From NCBI GenBank assembly GCA_963716175.1, contig OY970296.1, positions 2,880,001-2,944,000 of the forward strand: a stretch of DNA of 64,000 nucleotides. Reading direction: 5' to 3'. Positions within the stretch are counted from its first letter, which is position 1. Each line of letters opens with the position of its first letter. Shown here piece after piece: positions 38,517-48,389 of the stretch. A program made the position numbers and the translations under genes. The notes under the pieces were generated by a model. It searched no databases. It was not told the origin of the DNA and saw only the letters and a program-made list of their open reading frames with translations. The DNA is from an uncultured Armatimonadetes bacterium. GTDB taxonomy: Bacteria; Armatimonadota; Hebobacteria; Hebobacterales; Hebobacteraceae.

Positions 38517-39703
38517 AAGTCGGCTTCGTGGTGCAGCGCTACGGCAGCGAGGTTATTGGCGGCGCTGAGTACCTCTGCCGGCAGGTCGCGGAACACATGG
38601 CCAAGCACTGGGAAGTAGAGGTGATCACCACCTGTGCTCGGCTTCACACCACCTGGCGCAATGAGTACCCTCCCGGCGAGCGGACAGCAAACGGCGTCGT
38701 GGTGCGTCGGTTCCTGGCAGATCGCGAGCGTGACCAAGCAACCTTTTCCCGGCTGTCACAGCGGGTCCTGCTCGGCCTGCCCCACAGGCTCGAAGAGGAA
38801 GTGGAATGGATGCAGGCCCAGGGCCCATACTCCACGCCGCTTCTCCAGTACCTGAGCAAGCATAAGGCTAGCTACGATGCTTTCCTCTTCTACACCTATC
38901 TCTACTGCACCAGCTACTTCGGCCTCCCCTTGGTGGCGGGCAAAGCTCTGCTGGTCCCGGCCACTCACGACGAGCCCATGCTCCGCCTCTCCATCTTCGA
39001 TGAGTTGTTCCATCTGCCCCGCGCAATCATCTTCCTGACTCCGGAGGAGCAGCAGTTAGTCCACCGCCGCTTTGGCAATCGTGGGATTCCCCACACCATC
39101 ACTGGGATCGGAATGGGCGCACCGCGCGACTCAGACCCAGGCCGCTTCCGCCATCGCTACGGCATCTCGGGCCCTTTTGTCGCGTATCTGGGTCGCGTGG
39201 AGGAGGGGAAGGGCTGTCTTGAGATGCTGGACTTCTTCCTCTCGTACCGTGAGCGCAGGCAGGAGGAGGTGACGCTGGTGCTGATGGGGCCATCCATCAT
39301 GCCGATCCCAGACCGGCCGGACATCGTCCACCTTGGCCCGGTGGATGAGCAGACCAAGCAAGACGCGCTGGCCGGGGCCGAGGTGCTGATCCAGCCCTCT
39401 CCCTACGAGAGTCTCTCCATTGTGATCCTGGAGGCTTGGCTGGCCGGGACCCCGGTGCTGGTGAATGGTCGCTGCGCGGTGTTGAAGGGGCAGTGCCGTC
39501 GCTCCCAAGGCGGCCTCTGGTACGAGAGCCGATACGAGTTTGAGGAGGCGCTCTCACTGCTGCTCGCTGACCCGGCTCTGCGCCAGCGCCTTGCCGCCGA
39601 CGGGCGCCGCTACGTGGAGGCGAACTACTCCTGGGACAGCATCGAGCAGAGATACCGGGAGATTGTGGCCAGGGCGCTGCCGGAGACTGTGGGTGGGGTG
39701 TGA
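38513..39703 (+). CDS. Glycosyltransferase family 4
   Basis: VQRYGSEVIGGAE, YLGRVEEGKG, PSPYESLSIVILEAW. Confidence 0.92.
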   Translation: MKVGFVVQRYGSEVIGGAEYLCRQVAEHMAKHWEVEVITTCARLHTTWRNEYPPGERTANGVVVRRFLADRERDQATFSRLSQRVLLGLPHRLEEEVEWMQAQGPYSTPLLQYLSKHKASYDAFLFYTYLYCTSYFGLPLVAGKALLVPATHDEPMLRLSIFDELFHLPRAIIFLTPEEQQLVHRRFGNRGIPHTITGIGMGAPRDSDPGRFRHRYGISGPFVAYLGRVEEGKGCLEMLDFFLSYRERRQEEVTLVLMGPSIMPIPDRPDIVHLGPVDEQTKQDALAGAEVLIQPSPYESLSIVILEAWLAGTPVLVNGRCAVLKGQCRRSQGGLWYESRYEFEEALSLLLADPALRQRLAADGRRYVEANYSWDSIEQRYREIVARALPETVGGV

Positions 39704-39710
39704 TTGGCGC

Positions 39711-42239
39711 ATGGAGCAGCGAATCGCGATATCAGCCTTGCTAGTCCTCCTCTTGCTGCTGCCAGGCCCGCTCGCCTGGTACCTGGCGAGTTGCCGGCGG
39801 CGAGCGGCTTACTTGCTTGGGCCTGCCACTGCCTTCATCGCGCTCGTCACCAGCCTTGCGATCACCTCCATCATCGGCATCTGCCTGCTGTCGGCGGGGC
39901 AGTTCCGGGTGCGCTGGTTGCTGACTCTACATGGGCTGGTAAGCCTGGCCCTGCTCTTCGCTGTGCTGAGGGCCGGCCGGCAACCGATTCGCCTGCACCG
40001 CGCGCGCCAAGGGTTGAAGGGTCTGGCCACCGGGCTCCTGCTCCTGGGGCTGCTGGTCACGGCTGCAGTGCTGCGGATTCCGCCCTCTTTCTATGTTGAT
40101 GGCGGCCAAGATCAGGGCGTGTACGTCAACATGGCCGCGCACTATGCCAAGCACCATACCCTCTTCATCCACGATGATCTGCTGGAGCGCGCCTACTCGG
40201 GCAGCAAGGCAGAGCGCGCGGCGCTACAGCCTCTGTTACCCCTCGCCTCACATCCGGTTCCAGGCCGCGTGGAAAGCTGGAGATACCCGGGACTCTACAT
40301 TGGGGATTCAGCAAGCGGCACCGTGGTGCCTCAGTTCTACCATCTGCATCCCATGTGGATGTCGCTGTTCTGGCTCATGTTTGGGCCTGCGGGCTCGGTC
40401 TACGCGGTCGCCCTGTTCGCGCTGGTGGCGTTGATGGCGATCTACTTCCTGTGTCAGGAGCTCTTCCGGACCCGCTGGGTGGGAGTGCTGGCTGTCGCTC
40501 TCCTGGCCGTCAACGTCCTTCAGGTGTGGGTGAACCGCTACCCGGTGTCGGAGACGGTTGCTCAGTTCTGGCTGTTCGCCGGGCTGTTTCTCTATGTGGA
40601 ATGGCGGCGAACCGACAGCGCGGGCGAAATGTGGCTCTCTGCTGCCTGCCTGGGCCTGTACGCCTTCACTCGCTTCGCTGCTCTGCTCATGCTGCCGGTT
40701 TACATCCTTGCGTTCTGGTTAGGCGAGGAAAGGCGAAGGGATTACCTGTTCTACAATCTGCTCTTCGCTTTCCATGTCTGGGCCTTCGCGCACGCAACCG
40801 CCTTCTCGTTCCCGTATCTGCGGGACCTCTTCTACCAGCACGGCCTTTGGTACGCGGTGGAGCCATGGCAGGTGGTGATCATGGGACTGGCAGCGATAGC
40901 CCTGCTGAACCTGGCCAAATGGTCGTTTCAGAGGGTCCTATGGGATAGGTTGGGCGAAGCGATCCTGCGCTACCGGGCGCTGCTGGTGCTGGCTGTCGCT
41001 ATCGTGGCGGCCGCGCTGTTGGTGAGACACTTGGTGCTCACCCGGGCTCCCGCCTCCATGCGGCTGGTGCAGTTCAGTTGGTACATCACCGCCCCAGGCC
41101 TGGCCGCCGCTCTGATTGGCTCCTACCTCATCATCCGCCACTGGGTGGCTGCTCGCGACCGGATGCTCCCGGCGGGCTTGATGGTGGCAGTGGTACTATT
41201 CCAGTTCGTGATCCAGCGCACTAATGGTTACCAGTTCTACTACGCCAGGTACTACGTCTCAGAGGCGCTGCCATTCTGCGCCATCGCGCTGGGATTCTTA
41301 GTGGTGCGGCTAGTTCAGAGCAGACGGGTGTGGGCGCGGTCCGTGGGTGCAGTGAGCGTGATGGGGCTGCTTTCTGCCTACCTGGTTCCGTACACGTACA
41401 ACCCGGCCTTTCGAGTCCGGGAGCTAGACGGCCAATACGATACCATGCGCAGCATCGCCCACTACCTGCCTGGGAACAGCGTGACGTTTGTAGCCGTTGA
41501 TGGCAGCGTGCCACTCACCGACACCGGTGCCCTGGCCACCGGGCTGATGCACGTCATGGATCGCTATACACTTCCGGCTAGCGATCCGGCCCGCGTATTC
41601 GCGGCCGTTCCCCTTATCAGGTCGCTGGGGAAAGCAGTCTACTTGCTCCAGGCCTCAGCCGACAGGCAGATCGAGGATCGCTCTCTGGAAGTCGCGAGCA
41701 CCTGGATCGCCGCTGGCAAGGGCAGGCTAGTCATCTCCGAGCATGAACTCGCGGTGCCGGAGAAGACGGTCTCCTGTGCGGTACCGTGGAAACTGTACGA
41801 GCTCCGCGTACGGAGCGCGGGCGAACCTTGGGCGGTCCGCTATGACAGCAGACTTGTCTCCGTCTCTAACCTCGACACGGCCGAAGGTTTCGGCTGGACC
41901 AGGGGCCATGCCAGCATCGCAGGCATTCGCACCCCGGCGGCCACTCCCCTTACCTTGAGGGTCATTCTCAATCATCTTTTCCCGGTGGAGGTCAGCCCCC
42001 GCGTCCAGGTCGTCGTCAACGGGGCCACTGTCTTCGACCGCGTGGTCTCGGGCACATCACTGCACGACCAGGCAGAGATCGGGCCTATTCGGGTGCCGTC
42101 CTCGCTGAACCGGTCGCCGCTCACAGTCGAGCTGATCTCCGACACCTGGTGCCCCGCTGAGCTGTGGCCAGACAGCACAGATTCCCGCAGGCTGGGACTA
42201 GACCTGGTGGAACTCAAGTTCGCGCGAGCTGAGCCATGA
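39711..42239 (+). CDS. GT-C-fold (ArnT/PMT-like) membrane glycosyltransferase with C-terminal extracytoplasmic domain
   Basis: Many TMs; GGQDQGVYVN, VPQFYHLHP, RYPVSE, YARYY. Confidence 0.78.
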   Translation: MEQRIAISALLVLLLLLPGPLAWYLASCRRRAAYLLGPATAFIALVTSLAITSIIGICLLSAGQFRVRWLLTLHGLVSLALLFAVLRAGRQPIRLHRARQGLKGLATGLLLLGLLVTAAVLRIPPSFYVDGGQDQGVYVNMAAHYAKHHTLFIHDDLLERAYSGSKAERAALQPLLPLASHPVPGRVESWRYPGLYIGDSASGTVVPQFYHLHPMWMSLFWLMFGPAGSVYAVALFALVALMAIYFLCQELFRTRWVGVLAVALLAVNVLQVWVNRYPVSETVAQFWLFAGLFLYVEWRRTDSAGEMWLSAACLGLYAFTRFAALLMLPVYILAFWLGEERRRDYLFYNLLFAFHVWAFAHATAFSFPYLRDLFYQHGLWYAVEPWQVVIMGLAAIALLNLAKWSFQRVLWDRLGEAILRYRALLVLAVAIVAAALLVRHLVLTRAPASMRLVQFSWYITAPGLAAALIGSYLIIRHWVAARDRMLPAGLMVAVVLFQFVIQRTNGYQFYYARYYVSEALPFCAIALGFLVVRLVQSRRVWARSVGAVSVMGLLSAYLVPYTYNPAFRVRELDGQYDTMRSIAHYLPGNSVTFVAVDGSVPLTDTGALATGLMHVMDRYTLPASDPARVFAAVPLIRSLGKAVYLLQASADRQIEDRSLEVASTWIAAGKGRLVISEHELAVPEKTVSCAVPWKLYELRVRSAGEPWAVRYDSRLVSVSNLDTAEGFGWTRGHASIAGIRTPAATPLTLRVILNHLFPVEVSPRVQVVVNGATVFDRVVSGTSLHDQAEIGPIRVPSSLNRSPLTVELISDTWCPAELWPDSTDSRRLGLDLVELKFARAEP

Positions 42240-43996
42240 GGCCGCTTCTCCCGGAACAAGGCGCTGAGCCGGTCTCCGCGGGCGGCCGCGCTCAGGCCAG
42301 GTACCTGCTCGTGGTCGTGCTGTTCGCGGCCGTCGTCGCTTCCCTCAGCTACCTCACTTACAACGAATACTACGGAGGCGCGGACGAAGGCTGCTATACC
42401 ACTATGGGCTACCTGCTATCCCGCGGCAACGGGTTCATGCCTGTGGACCCCGTGGTAGTAGCTGCTGGTGGGTGGGCCAATCGGAACTGGTTCTTGCCGC
42501 ACCCGTATCGCGCGCACGTTGACAAGAGCGGCCGCATTATGGCTCAGTGGGTGAAGGGATATCCCCTGCTCACCGCGCCGCTCTGGCGCGTGTTCGGCTA
42601 CCCTGGCCACAAGCTTTGGAACCCGCTCGCAGCTGGGCTGCTGCTTGTTCTGACCTTCCTGCTGCTGGTCACGATGAGTACACCGGCCGCCGGTGTTGCT
42701 GCTGCTCTGCTGCTAGGCACCTCGTGGATCTTCCTCTGGCACGCGCGCTATCCGATGTCGGAGATGACCAGCGCCCTGCTCTTCATGCTCGCTGCCTTGC
42801 TGATTGCCCGCCACCGGGTGGCGGGTGGTTACTGGCGGCTCTGGATCAGCGGGCTTGTCGTCGGCTACGCCACGTGGGTGCATGCGGCCAATCTGGTTCT
42901 GCTGCCGGCCTTTGCCCTCTGGGTAATCCTTGCGCCTGCTTCGGCCCCAGTCGGTTCGGAGGCGCCGCGCCGGCCTCGTTTGGCCAGAGGAGCTGTGCTT
43001 GTGACTGTTCTCCTACTTCCCCTCTTCCTTACGGGTTCCTACCGCTTGCTCGACCCAGGCTCCTATATGGTGAAGGGGACCGCTCGGGGCGCAAAGCCCG
43101 CTGAGATCGCCGAACACTCCTCAGTTGACTTCTTCAGGTGGGAAGCGAAGCCATTTCTCCGCCAGCATCACGTCCCAGACGCCCTTGGGACGCCTTACTT
43201 TGCCTTGCTCAATGCGAAGTTGCTGCCTTGGGCAACCACCTGGAATCTCCTGGTGCCGATGCCGTTCACTCTGCTCGCCTGCTTGGGATTGCCTCTAGCC
43301 TTGCGTAATCCAAGATGGCGCCCGCTATGGCTCGGCCTCCTGGTCTGTGCTGGGGGCTCTCTGTTCGTCCATGCGGCAAGGGATGTGGGCAATCCTCATG
43401 TGCTCTACACTGCCCGCCGTTTCCTCCCGTCGGTGCTGCCCGTGGCAGCTCTGCTGGCCGGGGTAGCCCTTTCGAGTCCCCTTACCAGTGGCCGCTGGTG
43501 CGGGCGGGCAATCGCCTGGGGGTTCGTGATCGCCCTGGCGGGCGCGCAGTTCAGCACCCACGCCGCCTTCTACCGCATTCGAAAGGGCAACAGCACACGG
43601 CAGGTCGCGGTCGAAATCCGCCGCGCGGTGCAGGCAGAGGGGCCTCTGAGCGATTCTCTGGTCGTCCTCTCAGCGTATGCCGGAGCGCTCGGCTCTGGCC
43701 TGCGCTACATAGAAGGAGTCCCGATAGTCAACGGCGATCGAGCGCGCCCCGCCGATCTGGCCACCATCATCGCGCATGAGCTGCGGGCGGGCAAGCGCGT
43801 CTACCTGCTCGCCAAGGCGGCTCCGCCAGAGGGCGTGGGCGGTCCCGGTGTCCAATGGCGACGAGTGTTCCAGCGAAGGATCGTTGAACACGACCCGAAC
43901 TCACCAGCCTACACCTACCCCAGGCTCGGCGGATGGGCGGATCGGCTCAGCCTGTTCCGCGCCGAGCCCGACCTGGCGCAGAGAAAGGGCCGGTGA
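42236..43996 (+). CDS. GT-C-fold (ArnT/PMT-like) membrane glycosyltransferase
   Basis: GGADEGCY, GYPLL, RYPMSE, RRFLP; many TMs. Confidence 0.78.
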   Translation: MRPLLPEQGAEPVSAGGRAQARYLLVVVLFAAVVASLSYLTYNEYYGGADEGCYTTMGYLLSRGNGFMPVDPVVVAAGGWANRNWFLPHPYRAHVDKSGRIMAQWVKGYPLLTAPLWRVFGYPGHKLWNPLAAGLLLVLTFLLLVTMSTPAAGVAAALLLGTSWIFLWHARYPMSEMTSALLFMLAALLIARHRVAGGYWRLWISGLVVGYATWVHAANLVLLPAFALWVILAPASAPVGSEAPRRPRLARGAVLVTVLLLPLFLTGSYRLLDPGSYMVKGTARGAKPAEIAEHSSVDFFRWEAKPFLRQHHVPDALGTPYFALLNAKLLPWATTWNLLVPMPFTLLACLGLPLALRNPRWRPLWLGLLVCAGGSLFVHAARDVGNPHVLYTARRFLPSVLPVAALLAGVALSSPLTSGRWCGRAIAWGFVIALAGAQFSTHAAFYRIRKGNSTRQVAVEIRRAVQAEGPLSDSLVVLSAYAGALGSGLRYIEGVPIVNGDRARPADLATIIAHELRAGKRVYLLAKAAPPEGVGGPGVQWRRVFQRRIVEHDPNSPAYTYPRLGGWADRLSLFRAEPDLAQRKGR

Positions 43997-45816
43997 GCAT
44001 TCCAGGCTCAGCAACGCGCGTTCCCCTTTGGCAGCGTGTTGCCATTCCGGCGGCGGTGCTCTTGGTCGTCTTCGTCGTCCACGCGCTGAGTCCTATCAAG
44101 ACCTCCTGGGACTCCAAGTGGTCGATCCCAACCGCGCAGAGCATCATACGGGAGCACAACACGAGGCTGGACGAGTATGCGAAGGAAACAGCAGGCGACT
44201 ACGCTGTGGCGAGAGTGCGCGGGCACATCTACAACGCGTACCCCCTCGGACCTGCGCTGGTGGCTTTGCCGTTCGTCTATACGCTCGACCTGACTCTGCC
44301 ATACCTCATGGCGGCTTCAGCCAGCCTCAGGCACCGCCTCGAGATCACGACTCCTCTGCCCTATACGAGTGTCACGGTTGATGACGTAGTCTTCCGCCAC
44401 CACGCCTACTTCGAAAAGGTCATTGCCTCTTTCGTGATCGCCCTCACCGCGGTTCTCATCTTCCTGGTGGCTCGTCAGTCTTTGAGCGTGCCCCTGTCGC
44501 TGCTGGCCACCGGCATCTTCGCCTTTGGCACTGCCGCCTGGTCGTCGGCCAGCCGCGCCCTCTGGCAGCATGGCCCCTCGATGCTTATGCTCACAACCAC
44601 GCTCTATCTGCTTGTGCTCTCCAAGAGGAAGGAATCGCTGGCCCGGTATGCCAGCTTGCCGTTGGCTTTCTCCTACGTCATCCGCCCGACCAATAGCATC
44701 TCCGTCGCGTTGCTGACAGTCTACGTTTTCCTGGCGCACCGAAAGCAGTTTCCCGCCTATCTGCTCTGGAGCCTGCCGATCGCTGTGCCCTTTCTCGTCT
44801 ACAACTGGGGGGTCTACCACCAGCTCCTCCCACCGTATTACACGCAACGAGGTGGCTTCTCTACTGCTCAATTCTGGGTGGCATTGGCGGGCCAGTTCAT
44901 CAGTCCAGCCCGCGGGCTTTTCATCTACTCCCCAGTGTTGGTGTTCAGTACTGCTGGCGTCGTCTGGAAGATCAAGGACAACCAGATGGAAGCGCTTGAC
45001 TACTTCTTGATCTGCATCACGTCTCTTACCGTGTTGGTTCACTCGTTCTGGAGTGACTGGTGGGGTGGCACGGTCTACGGTCCGCGGCTGCTTTCAGACA
45101 TGATCCCGTTCCTGATCTATCTGCTGCTGCCTGCCTTATCTGCGGTGGCGAAGGCGAGGGGCGGGAAGCGCGTGCTCCTCGTCTCCACGGGGAGCGCGGC
45201 TCTGCTGATCAGCGGGTCCATGCACTACCGGGGGGCGACAAGCTGGAAAGTCTACCAGTGGTGGTCGGATCCATGTACCGTGAGTGGGACCGAACGGCTA
45301 TGGGACTGGCGGGATGCTCCGTTCCTGCGCGGCATTCTCCCAAGCCCTGGTGACCCCGCGCTGCGGCGTGTTGGCGGAGGCTGGGAAGAGCCAGTCATCA
45401 CGCCTCGCTTCGGACGTGAGTGGGGGCTGTCGGAACCTGACGCCGATGCCTCCCATGGCGAGGCCTGGGTAGGGCCAGCAGAGGCAACACAGCGAGGAGT
45501 CTTGGTCTTCGGGCCATACCTGAGCGCCCCGTCGGGAGCATACGAGGCCACTTTCCGTGTGAAGCTGTCACCGAAGGGAGCGGAGACGCCAGTAACGTTT
45601 GACGTGTTCTGCAGCGGCGATCAATGGAACAGCCCATTACCAGGATCTCTGGCAAGCATGACTGTGGACCGTCCCACCTTCGGGTATGAGAATCTGGCGC
45701 TGCAGTTTTCTGTGCCCAGAAGCTTGGCCGGCCACTTCGTGGGCACGCGCGTCACGTCCAATGCGCCTGGGGTGGAGATTCGGTTGGACAAGATAGGGAT
45801 CCACCGCCTCAGCTAG
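43993..45816 (+). CDS. GT-C-like membrane protein with C-terminal beta-sandwich domain
   Basis: SRALWQHG, SPARGLFIYSP, WWGGTVYGPRLL; C-terminal FGPY...GAYEATF. Confidence 0.75.
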   Translation: MSIPGSATRVPLWQRVAIPAAVLLVVFVVHALSPIKTSWDSKWSIPTAQSIIREHNTRLDEYAKETAGDYAVARVRGHIYNAYPLGPALVALPFVYTLDLTLPYLMAASASLRHRLEITTPLPYTSVTVDDVVFRHHAYFEKVIASFVIALTAVLIFLVARQSLSVPLSLLATGIFAFGTAAWSSASRALWQHGPSMLMLTTTLYLLVLSKRKESLARYASLPLAFSYVIRPTNSISVALLTVYVFLAHRKQFPAYLLWSLPIAVPFLVYNWGVYHQLLPPYYTQRGGFSTAQFWVALAGQFISPARGLFIYSPVLVFSTAGVVWKIKDNQMEALDYFLICITSLTVLVHSFWSDWWGGTVYGPRLLSDMIPFLIYLLLPALSAVAKARGGKRVLLVSTGSAALLISGSMHYRGATSWKVYQWWSDPCTVSGTERLWDWRDAPFLRGILPSPGDPALRRVGGGWEEPVITPRFGREWGLSEPDADASHGEAWVGPAEATQRGVLVFGPYLSAPSGAYEATFRVKLSPKGAETPVTFDVFCSGDQWNSPLPGSLASMTVDRPTFGYENLALQFSVPRSLAGHFVGTRVTSNAPGVEIRLDKIGIHRLS

Positions 45817-45848
45817 CAGGCTGCAGCATTGCCGCATGTCCCGTCGGG

Positions 45849-46538
45849 TCAGCGGAAGAGATTGTACCTCAGTATGCACCAGAGCGCGTTCACGCCGTCA
45901 CGCCAACCGATCTTCTTCCCCTCGGCGTAGGTCCGACCGTAGTAGCTGATCGGCACCTCGTAGATCCTGGCCTTGAGCCTAGCCACCTTGGCCGTGATCT
46001 CGGGCTCGAACCCGAAACGGTTCTGCTTGATCTCTATCTGGGACAGGATCTCCCGGCGGAAGACCTTGTAGCAAGTCTCCATGTCCGTCAGGTTAAGATT
46101 GGTCAGCATGTTCGACAGAGTGGTCAGGAAGCGGTTGCCGACGAAGTGCCAGTAGTAGAGCACCCGATGCGGCCCCCCCAGGAAGCGAGAGCCATAGACC
46201 ACGTCGGCAACATCATCGAGGATAGGCTGCAACAGCACCGGGTACTGGGCCGGGTCGTACTCCAGGTCAGCGTCCTGGACGATGACCAAGTCCCCGGAGG
46301 CATGCCCCAAGCCCGTGCGAATGGCTGCCCCCTTGCCCTTGTTCCGGTCATGGAGGATGATCTTTGCTATCCGGCCGCGGAGGTTGTCATAGACGTCGCG
46401 CGTACCATCTGTCGAGCAGTCGTCAACCAGGATGATCTCCTTGTCCAAGCCGGCGGCGTCGGCCTCACACACCCGTTCAACGAGCTCCTCGACGGTAGCG
46501 CGCTCATTGTAGACGGGGATGACGATCGAGAGCCTCAA
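45849..46538 (-). CDS. Glycosyltransferase family 2 (polyprenol-phosphate sugar synthase-like)
   Basis: [49 protein letters not shown]. Confidence 0.92.
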   Translation of the reverse strand: MRLSIVIPVYNERATVEELVERVCEADAAGLDKEIILVDDCSTDGTRDVYDNLRGRIAKIILHDRNKGKGAAIRTGLGHASGDLVIVQDADLEYDPAQYPVLLQPILDDVADVVYGSRFLGGPHRVLYYWHFVGNRFLTTLSNMLTNLNLTDMETCYKVFRREILSQIEIKQNRFGFEPEITAKVARLKARIYEVPISYYGRTYAEGKKIGWRDGVNALWCILRYNLFR

Positions 46539-47254
46539 GGCCGGGTTCCTTCCCGTTTGGCTAGCACAAGCAGCAGAGAAAGGCCGACCGGAGGGCCGGT
46601 GATGTCCTCGATCAGCCGGAAGACATCGGCGAGACGGTCATACAGGCGTAGTTGCCCGGTGGGGAGTATGCTGCGCCCCAGCACCCGCCCATTCAGGAAC
46701 CACCCCAGGATGCCGAACAGGTTCACGTAGCGAGCCACCACGGCCGTGAAGCCCAGTTGCGACGTTGCTGTGACCAGCGCGGCACGGCTGTAGCGCCGCC
46801 AATGGCCGAGGTGCTCATCCAAGGACCCGTATAAGGACGGCAGGGCCGGAACATAGAGAACAAGCCGGCCTCCGGGGCTAAGCACGCTGTGGATATTGCG
46901 CAGGGCCGCTGCATCATCGGCCACATGTTCCAGGACGTTCACGCACACCGCGCTGTCCCACTTGCCCTCCTCCCCGACGGTCCAGGAGACGTCCGCGGCA
47001 TCGCCCTCCACAGCGCGGATGCGAGCGTCCCTGTACTCCCGCATGGCGGCTATGTGGCCCCGATCGCAATCGAGGCAGAGCATGGCCACGCGCTCGGGGA
47101 GCAGCAAGCGAGTCAGGGTCCCGGACCCGCACCCCACCTCCACTGTGAGCGGGCCCAGGAACGGCCGCACCAGATCAGCCAGCCAGCAGTTGAAGCGGCG
47201 CATCGCCGCAATGCGCCGCAGGGTCTCCTTGCCTACCTCCTCGACGGTCTGCAC
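46535..47254 (-). CDS. Class I SAM-dependent methyltransferase
   Basis: [31 protein letters not shown]. Confidence 0.88.
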   Translation of the reverse strand: MQTVEEVGKETLRRIAAMRRFNCWLADLVRPFLGPLTVEVGCGSGTLTRLLLPERVAMLCLDCDRGHIAAMREYRDARIRAVEGDAADVSWTVGEEGKWDSAVCVNVLEHVADDAAALRNIHSVLSPGGRLVLYVPALPSLYGSLDEHLGHWRRYSRAALVTATSQLGFTAVVARYVNLFGILGWFLNGRVLGRSILPTGQLRLYDRLADVFRLIEDITGPPVGLSLLLVLAKREGTRP

Positions 47255-47342
47255 CTAGTCACCCCGGGCAGAGCCACCCATCTCGTCCCCTCGCACCGAC
47301 CGCGCACAGCTGGGTCGTGCTCTGCTGCCCTGACGGCCGGTC

Positions 47343-47453
47343 ATGTGGTTTCATCACCCTCCGCCTGACCTCCTGCCGCTGCACCCGCCTCAGGATCTCG
47401 CGGATTGGCTTCTCTTCGTTGTAGACCGGCATGACAACGGTGAGCTTCGTCAC
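47343..47453 (-). pseudogene. GT2 N-terminal stub
   Basis: TKLTVVMPVYNEEKPIREILRRV, then no further similarity. Boundaries approximate. Confidence 0.55.
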
Positions 47454-47722
47454 TTCCAACTCCCTCGCCCGACGCCCTGGGATGCACCCACAGCGCCGTG
47501 CGGCGGACTTGGCTGGACTCACCCTTCACCGTCCGCCAGAGGTCGGGCTCCTTGCTCCGCCACTTCAACGCCAGGGGATCGCATCCCTGCTGTCCCGCTG
47601 CCGGCATCTGGAACCAGCCGGGCTCGGCAGGGTATCGAGCGGTTTGGGCGAAACACATAATAACACGGCCGGGGTTCGGACTAGCCCGGCCAGGATCGTG
47701 ACAAACGGTGGCGTTGCGCGAC

Positions 47723-48325
47723 ATGAACGGGAAGCGTGTGTGGCTGTTGGCGGGCGGTCTGGCAGCGGCGATCGCGCTATCTACCGCGGTCGGCTGCGGC
47801 CGCGAGCCGCCTATCGCAGAGAGGTCGGGCACGGGCGGCCGGCCGATATCGCCTGTGGATCCTTACACCCGCGGCCAGGGTCACTGGGTCTTCGAGTCCG
47901 AGGGCGGCGAGATGGGCCACGGGTGGGGGGAGCGCGTCCTGGATCCCGGGGCCAGCGGAGCCGCGGCCTGGGGTACGCCCACTGGTCCACACGCCAGAGT
48001 TGGTACGTTCGTCTTCGGACCCTACTACAGGCGCCTCCCCGCGGGCAAGTACCGGGTAGACTTCCACCTCAGAATCGAGCAGGCAGAAGCCATGCCGGCA
48101 GCGCTGTTGGATGTCTATGTTGACAAGGACATCGTGGGGAAGACCGTGGCGCGCACGCTGGCCAAGCGCAGCATCGGCGAGAACACGGGCGCGAACTACC
48201 GCGCCTTTCCCGTGGACTTCGAGCTTCCCAGAGACCTTGTGGGCGCCGGGGTGGAGTTCCGGGTGCGAGTGACAGACCCCGCGGCCCAGGTCCGGGCCGA
48301 CCGTGCCGAAGTGTGGACGCGATAG
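47723..48325 (+). CDS. Putative lipoprotein with beta-sandwich domain
   Basis: Lipobox-like TAVGC; FGPYYRRLPAGKYRVDF...VEFRV. Confidence 0.72.
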   Translation: MNGKRVWLLAGGLAAAIALSTAVGCGREPPIAERSGTGGRPISPVDPYTRGQGHWVFESEGGEMGHGWGERVLDPGASGAAAWGTPTGPHARVGTFVFGPYYRRLPAGKYRVDFHLRIEQAEAMPAALLDVYVDKDIVGKTVARTLAKRSIGENTGANYRAFPVDFELPRDLVGAGVEFRVRVTDPAAQVRADRAEVWTR

Positions 48326-48389
48326 CCACTCGGCATCTTCAGGTATCTCCGGAGTGTTGGGGGCAAGCCCCATTGTCAGAGATGCCTCA